A stretch of DNA of 63,214 nucleotides, counting the filler, from Vermamoeba vermiformis (taxonomy: Eukaryota): the NCBI GenBank assembly GCA_045837725.1. It is 5 parts of 5 records of this genome, joined end to end, with 100 filler letters (N's around TTAATTAATTAA, not from the genome) between each part and the next. Parts side by side here need not be neighbours in the genome. Positions count along the whole stretch, not along the records: positions 1 to 28,976 come from JBEWZL010000170.1; 4 more parts are not named here. The stretch is one strand, 5' to 3'. The notes under the pieces were generated by a model that was not told the DNA's origin, did not search any database, and worked only from the letters and a program-made list of their open reading frames with translations. Positions 14,071 through 27,900 of the stretch are shown here, one piece after another. How positions within the stretch are numbered: position 1 is the stretch's first letter; every line of letters begins with the position of its first letter. The translations under genes were made by a program, and so were the position numbers.

Positions 14071-16860
14071 TTATTGGTCGGGCTTGCTTTGTTCGTACAC
14101 CTTGATTTTACCCTTCAATTCAAATATTTCATTCTTCAATATCATATTTTCATGGTAATATCGTTCGTACAAGGCTCGATAATCTTCGCTTGTGGTCTCT
14201 TTGAGCTTTTTGTTCTCACTCTTGAGTTCTTTGATCTGATCACTCATCGCTCTCACATTGCTCGCAAGATTGGCCATTTCATCTTCGAATGACGAGCCTC
14301 CTGTTGACATTGGCACACTGCCACTCTTGCCTGCACTGCCATTGAAACTTCCCGTGGTCGTGCCTTTGTTGGTTGACTTCTTGCGACCACTCGACGATGC
14401 AAACTTCTTGGTGTATGAGCGAATCACAGCTTGAAGTTGTGCTTCGTTCATTTGTCTGAGCTCTTCTTCAGTGTACGAGAACAACAATTTGATCTTTGGA
14501 ATGAACAACACACTGAGCGAGGTCATTGTCAAGAACAAGATGCAGCAGCACAACAAAGCGTATCGCACGACAACGTCAGGCACCAAAAAGATAACAGCGA
14601 CAAAGATAACGATGAAACCAAAGTTGTACATCTAAATAGGTTTTGTTAGCTATCGGAGGAAGTTGAAAGATTGCATGAGCGAACTTACGGCCCAACCAAT
14701 GTATTTGGCTTCGTTGTAGAGTGTCAGTCGAAGCTTGCTCACGAGTGCTGAAATGATGATGCCGAACACCATCACGATACCGTTGAACACGAGCAAAGTG
14801 ATGCCAGTGGGGAAGTGGAACAAGCAGAATGAGAACTGTTGATCACCTTCGTTCTGGAACTCGAATGAAGCAGGTTGAAGTCCCATCATCACAGCCAAGA
14901 TGACACACTCACCCAACAAGATCACTCCAACACCAAAGCCAACATCACGATCAGTGTATTTGACAAGTTGAAGTGACTTGTTCGAGAACAGCAAATAGAT
15001 GCGTCCTGTCTTGGCGAACAATGATCTGAAGATAATGTTGGTCAGTAATGCTTTGACACGTGTCACAAGTGTCAAAATGTCAAAGTGTCAAACACTCACC
15101 CAAACAACAACGCAAAGCCAACAGGAAGCATCCAAATGAACAAGTTGCAGCCAATATGGGTATTCGATACGAATGCTGCGACTGAGCCGAACATCAACAT
15201 GCCTCCAATGCACATTGAGATCAAGAACACACCACTCGATGCGATGATCACCTTTGACTTGCGACTGTAGGTTAACACGTTAGACACGAAAAGGAACACG
15301 TTAATAATACGTACTATTTGGCAGTCACAGCGAGATAGAAAACTGAGACACAGAAACAAATGCCTGTTAAGACCCACATGGCGATCTGAAGATCCAATCC
15401 TACTTCTTTGAACGACGCTTGACAGTAGGTGTGAGCTTTTGAACCAAGCACATATAATATTATTTTGACTTACAAGGATGGACCCAGTTCTCCCAGATAT
15501 GTTCGTTGTTCTTGACCCAATCACACGCCGTGTCGAAGATAGATCGGGTTTGATATAATTTGGCCAAGAGCTCTGTCATTTGATTACCATTAAGAGCGAA
15601 TGACTGTGCTAAGAAAGCTGTTTCAGGACTGTACTCAGGTAGGTCTGCCCACATAATCTTGCCAAGAATTTCAGGAGGGTAGTAGATCGCTGGATCGAAA
15701 GGTTAGGACAATTTGTGTAGGACCATAAGACACGCTATATACTTACAGTCGTTAGGTAGCTGAATACGCATCAAGTTAAAGATGCTTTCCAACGTATGAG
15801 GCTTCCAGAAGTAAAACAACATTTGCTCCTTGCGCGCGTATCGTTCGATGAGCATTTCGGTCATTTCAATTTCACCGCTCAACAACTGAATGTTAAGTGA
15901 GAAGTTTTGATCTTTGATGATGTTAGCTTCAACGTCCAGCCAAGTCGGATCACCAACAATCAGAGTGTTGTTGAAGTACTCGGCAACATTTGGATCCGAG
16001 AAGTCACCGAACAATGCTTTGGGGACGTCATCGAGGACATATCTAGGCACGTACCAGCCTATTAATATGAGATTTAGTTAATAGGCGTTGAATTAAAAAC
16101 GTGGTTTCCAAATAGATAACGGTCCAGTTCAATTTTAAATTCGCGTCGTTGAAATTGCTTGTTCAAGTCGCGAGCACGTGGTCATTAATTAACGACGTGA
16201 TGTCTAACAGATTGACATGGCAACCTGGCGAGATACGAAATTTCCAGAATTTCACCGCCCGACTTACCGGCTTGCCCAACTGTACCAAGAGGTCCTGCAG
16301 ACAATATAGTTCCATCATTGTAAATGTATTTTTCTTCCTGGACGCGTTGAGTAGAAGGCCTGTCAATACCAACGAATTAAATTTTAATAGTCAAACTTCA
16401 AAATTCTTGCTTTTCCATTTAAGGCAAAAAGTAAGGGGGACAGCTCGCAGGGTTCCCTAAATTATATAGTAATACTCACCAGTACTCCAGCAATGCATGT
16501 ATGTTGCCTTGCGATACTTGGTCCCACGAATCTGCTCCGTCGTTGATCGTGACCAACTCATTTCGTACACCGACTGCTTCGTCCAATATAATGTTAGCGA
16601 TATATGCACCAATTACAGAGCTGGACCACGTTCTCATAGCAAGTTTGACAGGGTTCCTAGCAGCATAGCCTAGCAACAAATGTCAGAATCATTTCTTCAA
16701 ACTGCTGTCACACGCAGATCCGCATACCAGCAGGGCGAGGTCTATTTAGACAAGCTCCTCGCGCACTATATGGTGCAGCAGTCTCCTGAGCGACTGCCAT
16801 TGACAGGTAGACTACGAAGGCGAGTGCTGCAGTGATTATGAAACGAGTTGATCTTGCCAT
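14071..16860 (-). CDS. Class C GPCR with ProX/OpuAC-type ectodomain, paralog 2 (tandem duplicate)
   Basis: MARSTRFIITAALAF signal peptide; TWSSSVIGAYIANIILDE..LLEYW, QMLFYFWKPH; 7TM exons almost identical to paralog 1. Confidence 0.85.
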
Positions 16861-17562
16861 CTCGTTGGAGATCAATTTAGATCGGGACTTGTGTGGTGCT
16901 CTGTGCGACGAGTAAATGAAATTAATGCAGTTGGGGAATAATCTGATATGTTGTTGTTGATCACAGTACACAGTGCTGTGCGTCAGATTGCTATTAAAGG
17001 AAATTCGTTTAGCCGTGTGCACGCAAGATCTGCCTGAGATTGAATTATCAGAAAGGAGTTGTGATACTAAATTATTATTGACTTACAGTTGCGTTGAGCC
17101 CTTCCGTTTACCTTCACAAACGCGCAACTTTTTGCAACGGAAACCAATAAAGCGATAAAAGCAATAATGATGATTAAATTAATGATAAATTGGCCACTTT
17201 TTGCGAATATTATAATTATGTTATAATTATAATTGGCAGAATCTTGCCTGAATTTAATAGCCGCCATCCAATTTCAAAAAGCCCAGTAAGTTCATAATAT
17301 TATATTCCTATCAACAATCTTCTCTATTGCCGTGCGACGAATTTAATTTTTCTCTATTAATGCGAGAAGCACGAGAGGCAAAATGAAACCGTTACTCGTT
17401 ATTTAGATCTTCTTCGCCAATGCACGTGGAGCTGGGCTTACTGCACGCATTGTTAACTATGACGTCATTGTCACTCATACTGAATGGTGAATGGTGCTTC
17501 AAAAGGTTTAAGTGAAAATGATTGTCCTTCCTTTTACCTATTTATTCTAGAAGATAGCACAG

Positions 17563-18642
17563 ATGTCGTCTTCTACCTTTATTTATTCCGTAGTGGCCCG
17601 TTCTAAGGTCGTATTGGCCGAATATAGTGATCCTAATGCTTACAAAGGCAACTTTATCGTAGTTTCCAGACTCATCTTGGAGAAGCTGGATTCGTCTACA
17701 GATGTGAAGAAAGTCTATACTTATGATCAATATATGGTCCACATAGTCGTAAATTCAGGAATAATTTACATGTGCATCACGGAGAGCTTGCAATCCGGCT
17801 CGATTATGCGTGTAATGAACTTTTTGGAAGAGATTCAGAAGCGATTTACTCAAACATACGATAATAAGAAAATAGCTAATGCAGCTGCATATGAAATGAA
17901 CGATGAATTCGGCCGTGTTTTGCAATCCCAAATGGTAACGTATAATTTGTAAAATATTAACTGCTACTTTGTTAGTTTATAGCCAATTCCTCGCGCAAAT
18001 TATTTTAAATAACCAAAATAATATATGATATTATTTTTCCTATTTTTTCGAACTTTCTTGTCCCTTTTGTTCTTTGAAATAGATGCACATGTCAATCTTC
18101 AAGCTGCTTAATAACATGTCATTTAATAGCAATACTGGTCCTCAAATATTGCAAATGATCGTAGCGCCGCCCTCATGAATAAGATTGAAGGCGTAAAAGG
18201 CATATTGATGGAGAATATTGAAAGATTGATGGATCGAGAAGAAAAAATCAGCTTGCTCGTCGAAAAAACACAAGAAATGCAAGGCCAATCATTTACTTTT
18301 GCACAGAAGAGCACTGAATTGAAGAGGAAGTTGTGCTGGAGAAATTTCAGATTGTACATCGTTATTGCTGTTTTGTTGATGGTACGTGCGCCTCAGATCC
18401 CACATATTTCAATTCTTATGAGCTTTTTATGGCTTATATTAGATACTATAGCATTAATTTGTAATACTGGCTAATAGACCTCCTACTAGGTTCTTGGTTG
18501 GTTGATCGCATCCTCGATCTGCGGTTTCGATTTCTCCAAGTGCGGTGGTGACGGTGAAAATCCTCCCCCTCGATCATCTGCTGCTACCCTATACGGATCA
18601 ATTACCGCCCTCGTTGTTTCTGTCGTCAGCCTACTATTCTAA
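17563..18642 (+). CDS. VAMP7: Longin R-SNARE, VAMP7-like
   Basis: Longin domain (IYSVVARSKVVLAEY..FLEEIQKRF..AYEMNDEF); synaptobrevin motif VKGILMENIERLMDREEKISLLVEKT; TM segment; final exon 18490-18642. Confidence 0.9.
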
Positions 18643-18921
18643 AGGCGGCCGTGTTTACCTACCAAGTTGCAGTTTAATTTACGCGTAAATTCGTCGGTTA
18701 AATTGCAACGTTTTGACCTCATTTTGTAATAAATAACTTTATGCTGTATTATAGCACATGAGAATATGGCTGCTGGTCGAAAATCTCAGAGACGCATTTA
18801 ATTATTAAGCGTTTATTTAAATAAGTGATTGATTAGATTACAATAATATATATTAGGTAGCAGTTAAGTATGGTACAATCTATTAAAGTACAGGTTCCTT
18901 AGGAGGTAAAAAAGGAACGCT

Positions 18922-21900
18922 TTAATCGCTATCGGACGAGGACGAATCTTCGTCATTTGAGGGCAGAGATGACGGAGACGAGGACAATCCCGAAGAAGAC
19001 GGGGAGGCAGCCACATTAGTATTAGTGTTGGGTGATGTAACGGGCGAGGACAAGCCACTCTTGTCGAGCAACATGTCAGTGCTCGTGTGAATGGTCAATT
19101 TCTCTTTCTCTAAATAGAATAGAACCATTAGCACTCAGCATACTTTTAAGGGAGTACATGTGACACTTACGCAAGAGTTTCGCCTTCAGTTCTTTGTTCT
19201 CTTCTTCAAGGTCCGTGTAGCGCTTCTTAAGTTGGTCAATCATCGCAGTTTCTTCAATATTAGCTGTGCAAGGCACGTGTTAGCAATGGATTAGAACTCT
19301 CAGTCTAGGTGCAGTATACTTACTCGAGGCGTTGGACAGAGCAGACATGTAAGTCGAAGTTTGACCCATCTTGTTCAAGTTCGAGTTGAGGGCTTTAGGA
19401 TCCTTTTGTTCTGCAGAAAGAGGTTGGGTTAGTCTATCATTCACTATTTACATGGTCCTCAACACTTACTCGTCAACACGAAGTGCACTTTAGGCATGAA
19501 CAGAATAGTCACTGTCGAGAACACCCCGAACAGAATTGCGGCAGATCTGCAGAAAATGGAGTTAGTGACCGATGCTAATAGTCGCTAATATAACATTTGT
19601 ATCATACCTAATGATGGTGTCTACCATTCTGTCGGTGATATTAATCGAGTACACGATCAACAAGATCAAACCAGCGAATGTCAAGAGGTACATGGAGATG
19701 AGCACGTATTTAGACTCGTTGTATTCACTCACGACCTTGCGGGCCCAAATACCCAAGATGACACCAGCAATAATAAGACCACCCTAATAATGTACGTATG
19801 AGCAATGTATGACATGCGATGACACGTGTCAATCAGTCACTTACGTTGTACACGATGAGAATAATGACGAAGGGTGTTTCTCCTTCGCGTGAGCATTGAG
19901 TGTAGTTCAAAGCAGGTCTGCGTTACAATAAGTATACTAGTCAGCTGTTGAAAGTATTGTACGTACCTCAATGGATCTGGTTGAATGTACTCGGCAACAG
20001 GAGTAAATGCAGCGCTCCAGATAACCAAAACAATCTGTGCGTGGTGAGTACATTGCACTCCTATTATTTGAAGCACTTACAATCTCAACGGACACGAGAA
20101 TAGCAACCACTTTGAGCAGTTGAATGTTCGGGATCTTGAGTGCCTTCAACTTCTTGTAGGTGAAAATTCTCCAAATACGCCATGTCTTGGCCAACAAGTT
20201 ACTGTAAAATAACACGTCAACACATTGAAAAGGATTCAACCGAGGCCAATGAACTTACGCGAACATCATGCCGAAGCCCAAGTTGAACAACCAGTAGCGG
20301 GCAATGCATGCGCCAGTAGTGGTTTCAAGGGTCCATAAGAAGACTATAACAACGGTTAGACCAGTACTAACTTCATACGAGTGTCACTTACTCGAGGCAA
20401 ACATCATCAAGGCACCAAGCATAATCAACTCGACGAAGATGAGCGAAGCAGCAACGATTTGAGGCTTGTCTCGCCACACGTAGAACAAAATCATCAAGAA
20501 CAAACAGAAAGCGACGCCTAACCCAGCGATGGAGATAATGGCGATTTCAGCGGGAGTTTTGTACCAAGACGGGTCTTCAATGCGTTCGCTCCAAGTGGGC
20601 GCGGGGTAAATGGCTAAAAATATCACGTTAGTGCTGTCAATTTTACACGTGTCACGTATATTCGTACCATCCATTTCAGCAGAAGATAAGGGAGATACGA
20701 GATACGTGTCCATGTTTTGATCGTATTGCACGGTAGCAACTGTTGTAGTGGTCAATTGGCCGAACGGCGTGAACTGCAGCAAGCCATAGAAAGTTCTCAT
20801 ATTAATCTGAGGGAGAGTATTAGGCGAGGTCGTAATAAATATAAAATACGAGAATCATACGGTAGCTAAGCCACGAGCAACAAGTGTCGGTTCTGACGAG
20901 CGAGCAATTTCAGTGGCTGTTTGGAAAGCCATACCAGCAGCATAGGAAGCAGCTGCAATGTACCTGATATGCATTAATTAGATATGATACACATTAAGTT
21001 ATATTAAATGAGATACATACGTTGGACTTTGACCGAACGCATTCGTGTATGTGTTGAAAAACAATTCGGGACTGGTCTCGTTGGCTGTCTGAATGAAATG
21101 TTGTGCTTTCACTGAACCATCTTCGATGTGTTCTCGGCCTCGTAATCTCTCGTCCCAAGGTACCACAGAGATGATATATCTAAATAAATAAAATTATTAG
21201 TTTCCTGATCTGAAAGTCGATCCACCGACTCAATTCAAAAATAATTTCTTAAAATATGTCATAATGTACCTTCCGTCTTCTCCGAGCTCTTCTTGATAAT
21301 TGCCAGTAATGCAGTTGGCCAAGATGAGAGCGTTAGGCATGAAATTGTTGGCTTTGGCTCGCTTGACAAATTGAATGCAGCCGTCAGGAGATGTAGCACC
21401 AATAACAACATCTAATAGTACGTTGTCAATAATTATATTATTATGGTTAATCTTTCGGAGTGGAGTAAAAAGATTGCGTCCGATCCGCCAGTACGCGATG
21501 ATTGAATTTTGATATCATTGCAAGATTAATACTTACCAGCACCAGTATTGGCTAATTCGGCAATAACGTCGTCAATTGAATCCAATGAATCGAGCTTGTA
21601 AGTGTTTTTAACTTGGAAATTATTATCGGCAGCGCTGGTCGAGGCTCCATCGGCCATATTCCTATTAAATTGGAATATTAGACACGCATTTACAATACAT
21701 TCTAAATCTAGATCGGAATAATTTCAATTTGCACGAATTGCTGCGGAGAAGAAAGATCTACCCCAAAACTTACTTGAAGTCTTCAGTATCTTCGTAAAAT
21801 AGTGCAACAGATCTAGCACCCTTGATTTTCATCAATGTAATTGCAGGCTGGAAATAAGTCGATGGAGGGGGCAAAAGTCCGGTCAACAGATCGAATCTAC

Positions 21901-22910
21901 GATTGCCGTTACTGGAACAGGGCGATTGGCTTGTGTCGCATTCGAATAGGGTCTGAGAGTCATCTCCAGCTATAATTAATCGTTGTTAGAGAAATTTGCG
22001 TGGATAAACCGAATTTAATTAAAGGACCGCTAGATGTGACGGGTAGAAAAATGACAGATCCTTCGCGTGATTGCGTTAATTTATACGAATATAATAGTAT
22101 TGTAACAAAAATTATTGTATTAATCGAATTTTTATCGAGTCCCGTACGTGACAACCGCATCTAATTTGAGCTAAAAATACTTTTAATCGATTGCGTATAC
22201 TTTAAGTAAATATAACGTAAATTGCACTTAATAAATATCCAAAGGCTATAGTCTAATTGAATGACGGAATGAATCAGAAATTGAAACAATGGGTAAGCCC
22301 CATTAATTTCGGATCGAACGCAATAATATTGAAATTGCAACGGATTATAAAGATACGAGGGTATGATGCTTATAACAGTACTTACTGGCAAATGTGACTA
22401 TCGTATTGGCAACAATTTGAGCTGTTTCGTTTGCCAGTACCGCTGAAAATGGCGCAAAGATCGCCGTAACGTTTCCATAAACACCATTAATAATATCCGT
22501 GGCTGCGGCGCGTGTCTTGGTGACCATATCAGCTTGGGAGCTACCGCCGACATCAACTATATTATATTAAATTTGAATTAATTTAATTTTACGTTACACG
22601 GTATGATATCTGCTTCAAAAATCTTTATAAATTAAGGAATTTAATGGCTTAAATATGATTTATACGAGCGCTAAATATCATGCTTCGGTATGCACTTACT
22701 GATCTGCAGCGTAATATTGTTTGGGACACCGCTGATAGTCAATCCACCCTTCTGATTAACTGTATTGGCCCATAGAGTAACGGCTTGGACTATGTGAGTT
22801 GCATCGCCAGCGTATTGACCAGTCAAGGGTTGCGGCACTGCGATAATCAGATTCGCCGAGACGGCCGATAAAGCAACAAGCAAAATCCAACAGATGCCAA
22901 TCAACTTCAT
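18922..22910 (-). CDS. Class C GPCR with LivJ/Venus-flytrap (type I binding protein) ectodomain
   Basis: Signal peptide plus PLTGQYA..LWANTVNQKGGL; TFYGLLQFTPFGQ; 7TM NLLAKTWRIWRIF, EYNESKYVLISMY, FMPK; coiled-coil and Ser-rich tail. Confidence 0.88.
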
Positions 22911-23073
22911 CTGTTTGCTGCGATTTAATTCGTGACTTATGTTGTCGCTATATAACTAGCTTTATTTTAAGGGTTAGACAGGTCGTGCACCTATTTTTTG
23001 ATTCTGTCACTTGTCATAAATCGGTTGGAGATTTCTGCGTACGGAAGCACATCCGAAAAAGCGTTCAAGCAAC

Positions 23074-24717
23074 TTATAGTACAAATATAATAAGACTATA
23101 TATACATAATGTTACATAATATTGCTTACTCGAGCTCGCTGAAACAGCCCATTTCTCGAGGTAATCCATTTTGAAGCTGAATCCGCCAGGCGCTGAGGAA
23201 TCTGGAGTGGCAACAATAGGCAACCATACATATGTAGCGTTCTTTAATCCACCAGGGCCTAAAGTAAAGAATTAAAATCATTCAATCGAGGACGGGATCC
23301 CATTCACAACTTTGTAAATAACATAATTAGCCGCAATACCTTTTTGATTCCATCGGTCTCCCATATATATCAGCTGTATATTATGTTGGTTATCTTCGTA
23401 AGGCAGGACATAGGCTGACTGCGAATTGAACGTTGTTTTGGATCCTGCATGAAAAATTAAGGTTAATTTCGGCTGAAATAGAGCCGTAGAGGGTCTTTTG
23501 GAATCTATAGTATTAATATAGCTATGTATTAGGGAACGTACTCGAAGGATTGCCGAGCGAAGTCCATGAAGCACCGATCAGAGGCCCATCCGCTACAAAC
23601 AGCTCAGCGGGGTTGGGATCCCAATCTGAGCGGTAAATTTAAGATGTATATCGTGCATATTTAGCATAAACTGCATTAAATATTCAACCAATTACGTACT
23701 AGTCAGATGCGACGTCCACAAGTAATAGTTGCCTTTATACTTGAAAAGTGCTTGGCCTTCACGCGATTCTGCATATATATTTTAATAAATATGCTATTGT
23801 TAATATATATAGGTTGTTCTTACTGCCAATAAAGCTAACTAACTCCACAGTGTTTAAATAATCATTCGTTAGTAACGAGATCCCGACAAACTGATTCATT
23901 ACGGAACGAATTAAATATGCACGACCATCGTCATCTTGAAATAACGTCATATCATAGCTTCCTTGCCTGGTTGAAGATTTTGTAAGCGACATCTGGTTCG
24001 GAATCTGCTTCTGACTCTTTTGTACGTACCCGTCGGGCTTGAAGGCGTGAACAAATTTATACGGACCAATAGCATTATCAGCAATAGATACTCCTACATA
24101 AGGATCAGTAACTTGAGCGGAGTTGAGGTGGATGTACATCACGAATTTGCCAGTGCTCGGATTCTTAATGACTTTAGGCCGATCTATTATGAAAGGTGGA
24201 CCAAATCTAACACCAGTTATATCATTTTGTTTGAGAACCTGATTTTAAATCAGTTTTAGAGTCTTTCAAAACGGATTTCGTACCGTGCCTTCGAACTTCC
24301 AATTAGTCAAGGACTTGTCGCTAGTCGAATAGCAATTTACGCCGTGAGTGGACAGGTTAGAGTTTTTTTGCGTCTCTCCAAACCAGTAGTACACTCCGTT
24401 ATCTATAAATAGGCAGTATTGTTAATTTGCAAAGCACATCCGCAACATTACGCAATTTAAATCGCAAAATATTTTAAATAAATACCTATTAACATGCCCA
24501 TGCCATGAGCTTCAATTCTGTTCCCATTCTACGGTAGATGTCAGAAAAAGATAAATTTGCAATTGATACAAAAGGTTATTCTTACAGTATCGTACCATAC
24601 TCGCCCAGAATATATATAATTATCTTCAGCAATATTATTTTCTTCTAGTGAGACCTCTGTAATGCAGAAAATAATTGCGATCAGGGCTAATAACCAAATT
24701 GTTGGGCTGTGCCCCAT
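23074..24717 (-). CDS. Secreted glycoside hydrolase family 43 (GH43_24/exo-beta-1,3-galactanase-like), GPI-like tail
   Basis: Signal peptide; IEAHGMG, YYWFGE, GVNCYS..NWKFEG, DRPKVIKNPSTGKFVMYIH, DMTLFQDDDGRAYL, TFNSQSAYVLP, YMGDRW, YVWLP; ends ...SASSSKQYYVTLCIYSLIIFVL*. Confidence 0.88.
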
Positions 24718-24950
24718 TCTATGAGACTAAATAATAGTCTAAAAAAATATATAATACTATAATCAGAGGTGTTTCTATTGTGTATTGTTACAAATTGTCT
24801 TGAGAGTTTCTACCGAAATTTATTTTTGCTTAGGCGATGACAAACACAGCGAGATGGTCATTTTAGAAATGGTATAAAATATAGTTATAGAGTTTAAGGC
24901 TGAGCCGACATGAATTTTGATCTTCACCGATGATTCTTGACTAAGTGCAG

Positions 24951-27900
24951 CTACTGGGAGTTAGCGAGCAGCACACCAAAACTGTTGCTTCGCACGAGCT
25001 TTTTTGAAGGAGTGTTCGTCAATGTCACTTTTTCCTCTACAAATAATAATAGAGCGGTTAGAATATGAAGCCAAACATAATCGTTTTGATGGATTGTTAC
25101 CTTTCTCGTTGGCACAGTTCCGAACATAAAGAGTGTGTTCGACACTGTCTTTGATGATGAATCTGATCACTGTTACATCTTTGGTTTGTCCTTGACGATA
25201 GGCACGACCAACTGCTTGTGTCTCGTACGCTTCTGCTTCTTCGCGCGTGCCTGGATGTGGATCTGAAAACAAACCTATCAGTGAGTGCTCGAGTAATAAT
25301 GCTCTATTGACCACTAATTATAACGTACCCATCAATATGACGTGACTGGCTTCGATCAAGTTCATTCCTGATGCCACTTTGGTCAAGCTCAGAAGCACGA
25401 CTTTCACATCGGACTCTTCTGCTTTGAACTTGCCGAGCTCTTTCGACTTCTTGTGCACATTGCTGCGAACACAGTGTGATTAATAAATGTTTAAGGAGGT
25501 GTATTGATTGATTGGCACTTACCCTTTGACACTGCTCGTGGGAATGTCATGGTCCTCTAACACGCGTTGCAACGTGCGTAAGTAGTCAGGGAACTAAATG
25601 AATAAACAAGTCAGACTCAAAGTGATGTGTTATTCAGCGCGTACCTGAGAGAAGACAATGGCGCGTGCTGTTTCGTCTTTCTCGAACAACTTGCGCAGGA
25701 AGCGAATCAAGCTGGCTGTCTTTGTGCCGTACTGTTCGAGTAGCCATTCGAACGAGTTCTTTTGCAGCTTTTTTGGTGGCTCCTGCTCGCACATGTGAGA
25801 CACCTGTCAAACCTCATCATATTTTTGGCGACACTTACAATGGCCTCGTACATCGCTAACAGGTTTTCAGCTGTTTCAATGTCGCGCTCTGCTTTTGTCT
25901 TTTCTATCTCATATCGACCGAGAAGAGCACGACGAGTGCTGTGATGCATTTCTCCCAGGGCTTTGCTTTTCGAGTCTTTATCAATCTGTTTCACAATCGC
26001 TTTCTTCTCAGCAATGCGAGTCTTCTTTGCATCCTTCCAGTATTCTCTGATTTCAGTCAATGTATTGCCCCATGAGCTGTCGAGCTTGGTGCACAACAAG
26101 CGACGAGGATCGGCCTTTGGGTTGTAGCGGTACTTCTCGGTTCCAAGATCGTTGTAAATGGCTTGCTCTGTTGGCGACAACGACAACAAGATCACTTGAC
26201 GTTTGGTCTTGACCATTTCGTACTCTTTTTTGACGCTTTTCTATTCTCAGAAGTTAGCACAGTACATCATTAGTAAAATTGACATTCACGTACTTTTGTG
26301 TTTCTCCACACGAGGTTGTTGATCATTATGTCATCGAGAGCAGCCCTATACAGAATTAGATAACAATAGACTCGTCAGTGTATGTTACGTACTCCACATA
26401 AACTTCGGTCTTTGGTCGACGGAAGATACTGCATTGAAATTTGGCGTTCCAGAATGTCGAGAGCTCGTGATCTTTGCTTCGAGGCAGTGTCATTCCCAGA
26501 AATTCTCGCGCACGCTCCAAAGAATGCCTGCAATGCGTTTAACGATAAGCATGAGCGTGTCTCTTGCACTTACAGCGTTGGGAAGGGAGTGCCAGTCATG
26601 TACCAATTGAAGTCCCGTTGCAACGCATTCAAATCGCCTTGTCAATATTCAATCAGTATCGCTGCAATGTTGTCTACAGTAACGACGTACCTGATCGATC
26701 TATAATCTCGTGGCCTTCATCAATGATGATGCGATACCAATGGAAGTGGTTCAAAATGATTCCTTTAACGCCACTAGGATCTTTATCTTTCACTTTCTAA
26801 TGGCTGAATTAGTGACGTTCGTCAACTTGAATAATAACGATCTTACCTCGAGCTTTGACGCCCAATTTTCAGCAAATTTGAGGTAGTTGTTGTTTTGCAG
26901 CAAGTTATGCGTGACAATAATGACGTCTAAAAGCGAGGACTCGTTAGCCTAAAAAAGTTTAATTTTCAGAACTCGTACCAGCATCCATGATCTGCTCGTA
27001 GGTGTACTTCTTGACTTGCACGATGGTTGCGAGTTGAATCACGGTCAGTTTCTGCTCAGAGTACTTCTCAATCTCTGCGTTCCACTGATGCACCAACTGA
27101 TTCGGACACAACACAAGTGTCGCTTTGCTTGCAAAGTACGGTGATGTGTCACGCTCGTTCAGACTGTCAGGCTTGGGATTGGACAGAATCAGACCAATGA
27201 CTATCGCAATAATGCATGAGCACGTAGACTATGAGACGGATAAATGACAGTCAGGTGTTACCTTCAACAGTCTTTCCAAGGCCCATCTCATCGGCGATCA
27301 CTCCTCCTTTCGGTGTGTACGTCAGATTGTGTTCTGCTGCGTTCTCACGAAGCACGAGCTCCCGTCCAGTTGGAGTTGGATTCAATAAGATGCTTCCGCA
27401 GTCAGACGGGATCAACGGCGACACCGACACCCCTTTGTGACACTCTTTCTCGATGTTTACCATCCAGTTGATCGCTTCAATCTGATACTGGTGCAACTTG
27501 ACGTTGACAATTTCTTTCGGTTGCTCAGTAATGACCGGAAGTACCTGCAAATAATGTCAAAAAACCGCCATCAGACAAAGTGGTCTAATTATCGCTTAGT
27601 ATGTTCATTAAAATTGCTCCACGTAGCCAACTTACCGTAGGAGTGAATGTGTCCTCAGGCTTGAAGATGCGTGAGAGGTAATCGGCCTTAAATGCCAGGC
27701 AGTCTTGCAGTACCTTTGATTTGTTGAGAATGTAGGCCGAGATTAAGTCCGTAGGAAATTTTTGTTTCTTGCGGATCTTGTTTTCGAGCCTAGAATTTTA
27801 GTCAAGTACGTTAATACTCAGTTGAATCACAGTATTAATGTTACCTGTAATAGTTTATCTTGACATGCAGATGGTAGACTTCGGTACTGTACATATAGTA

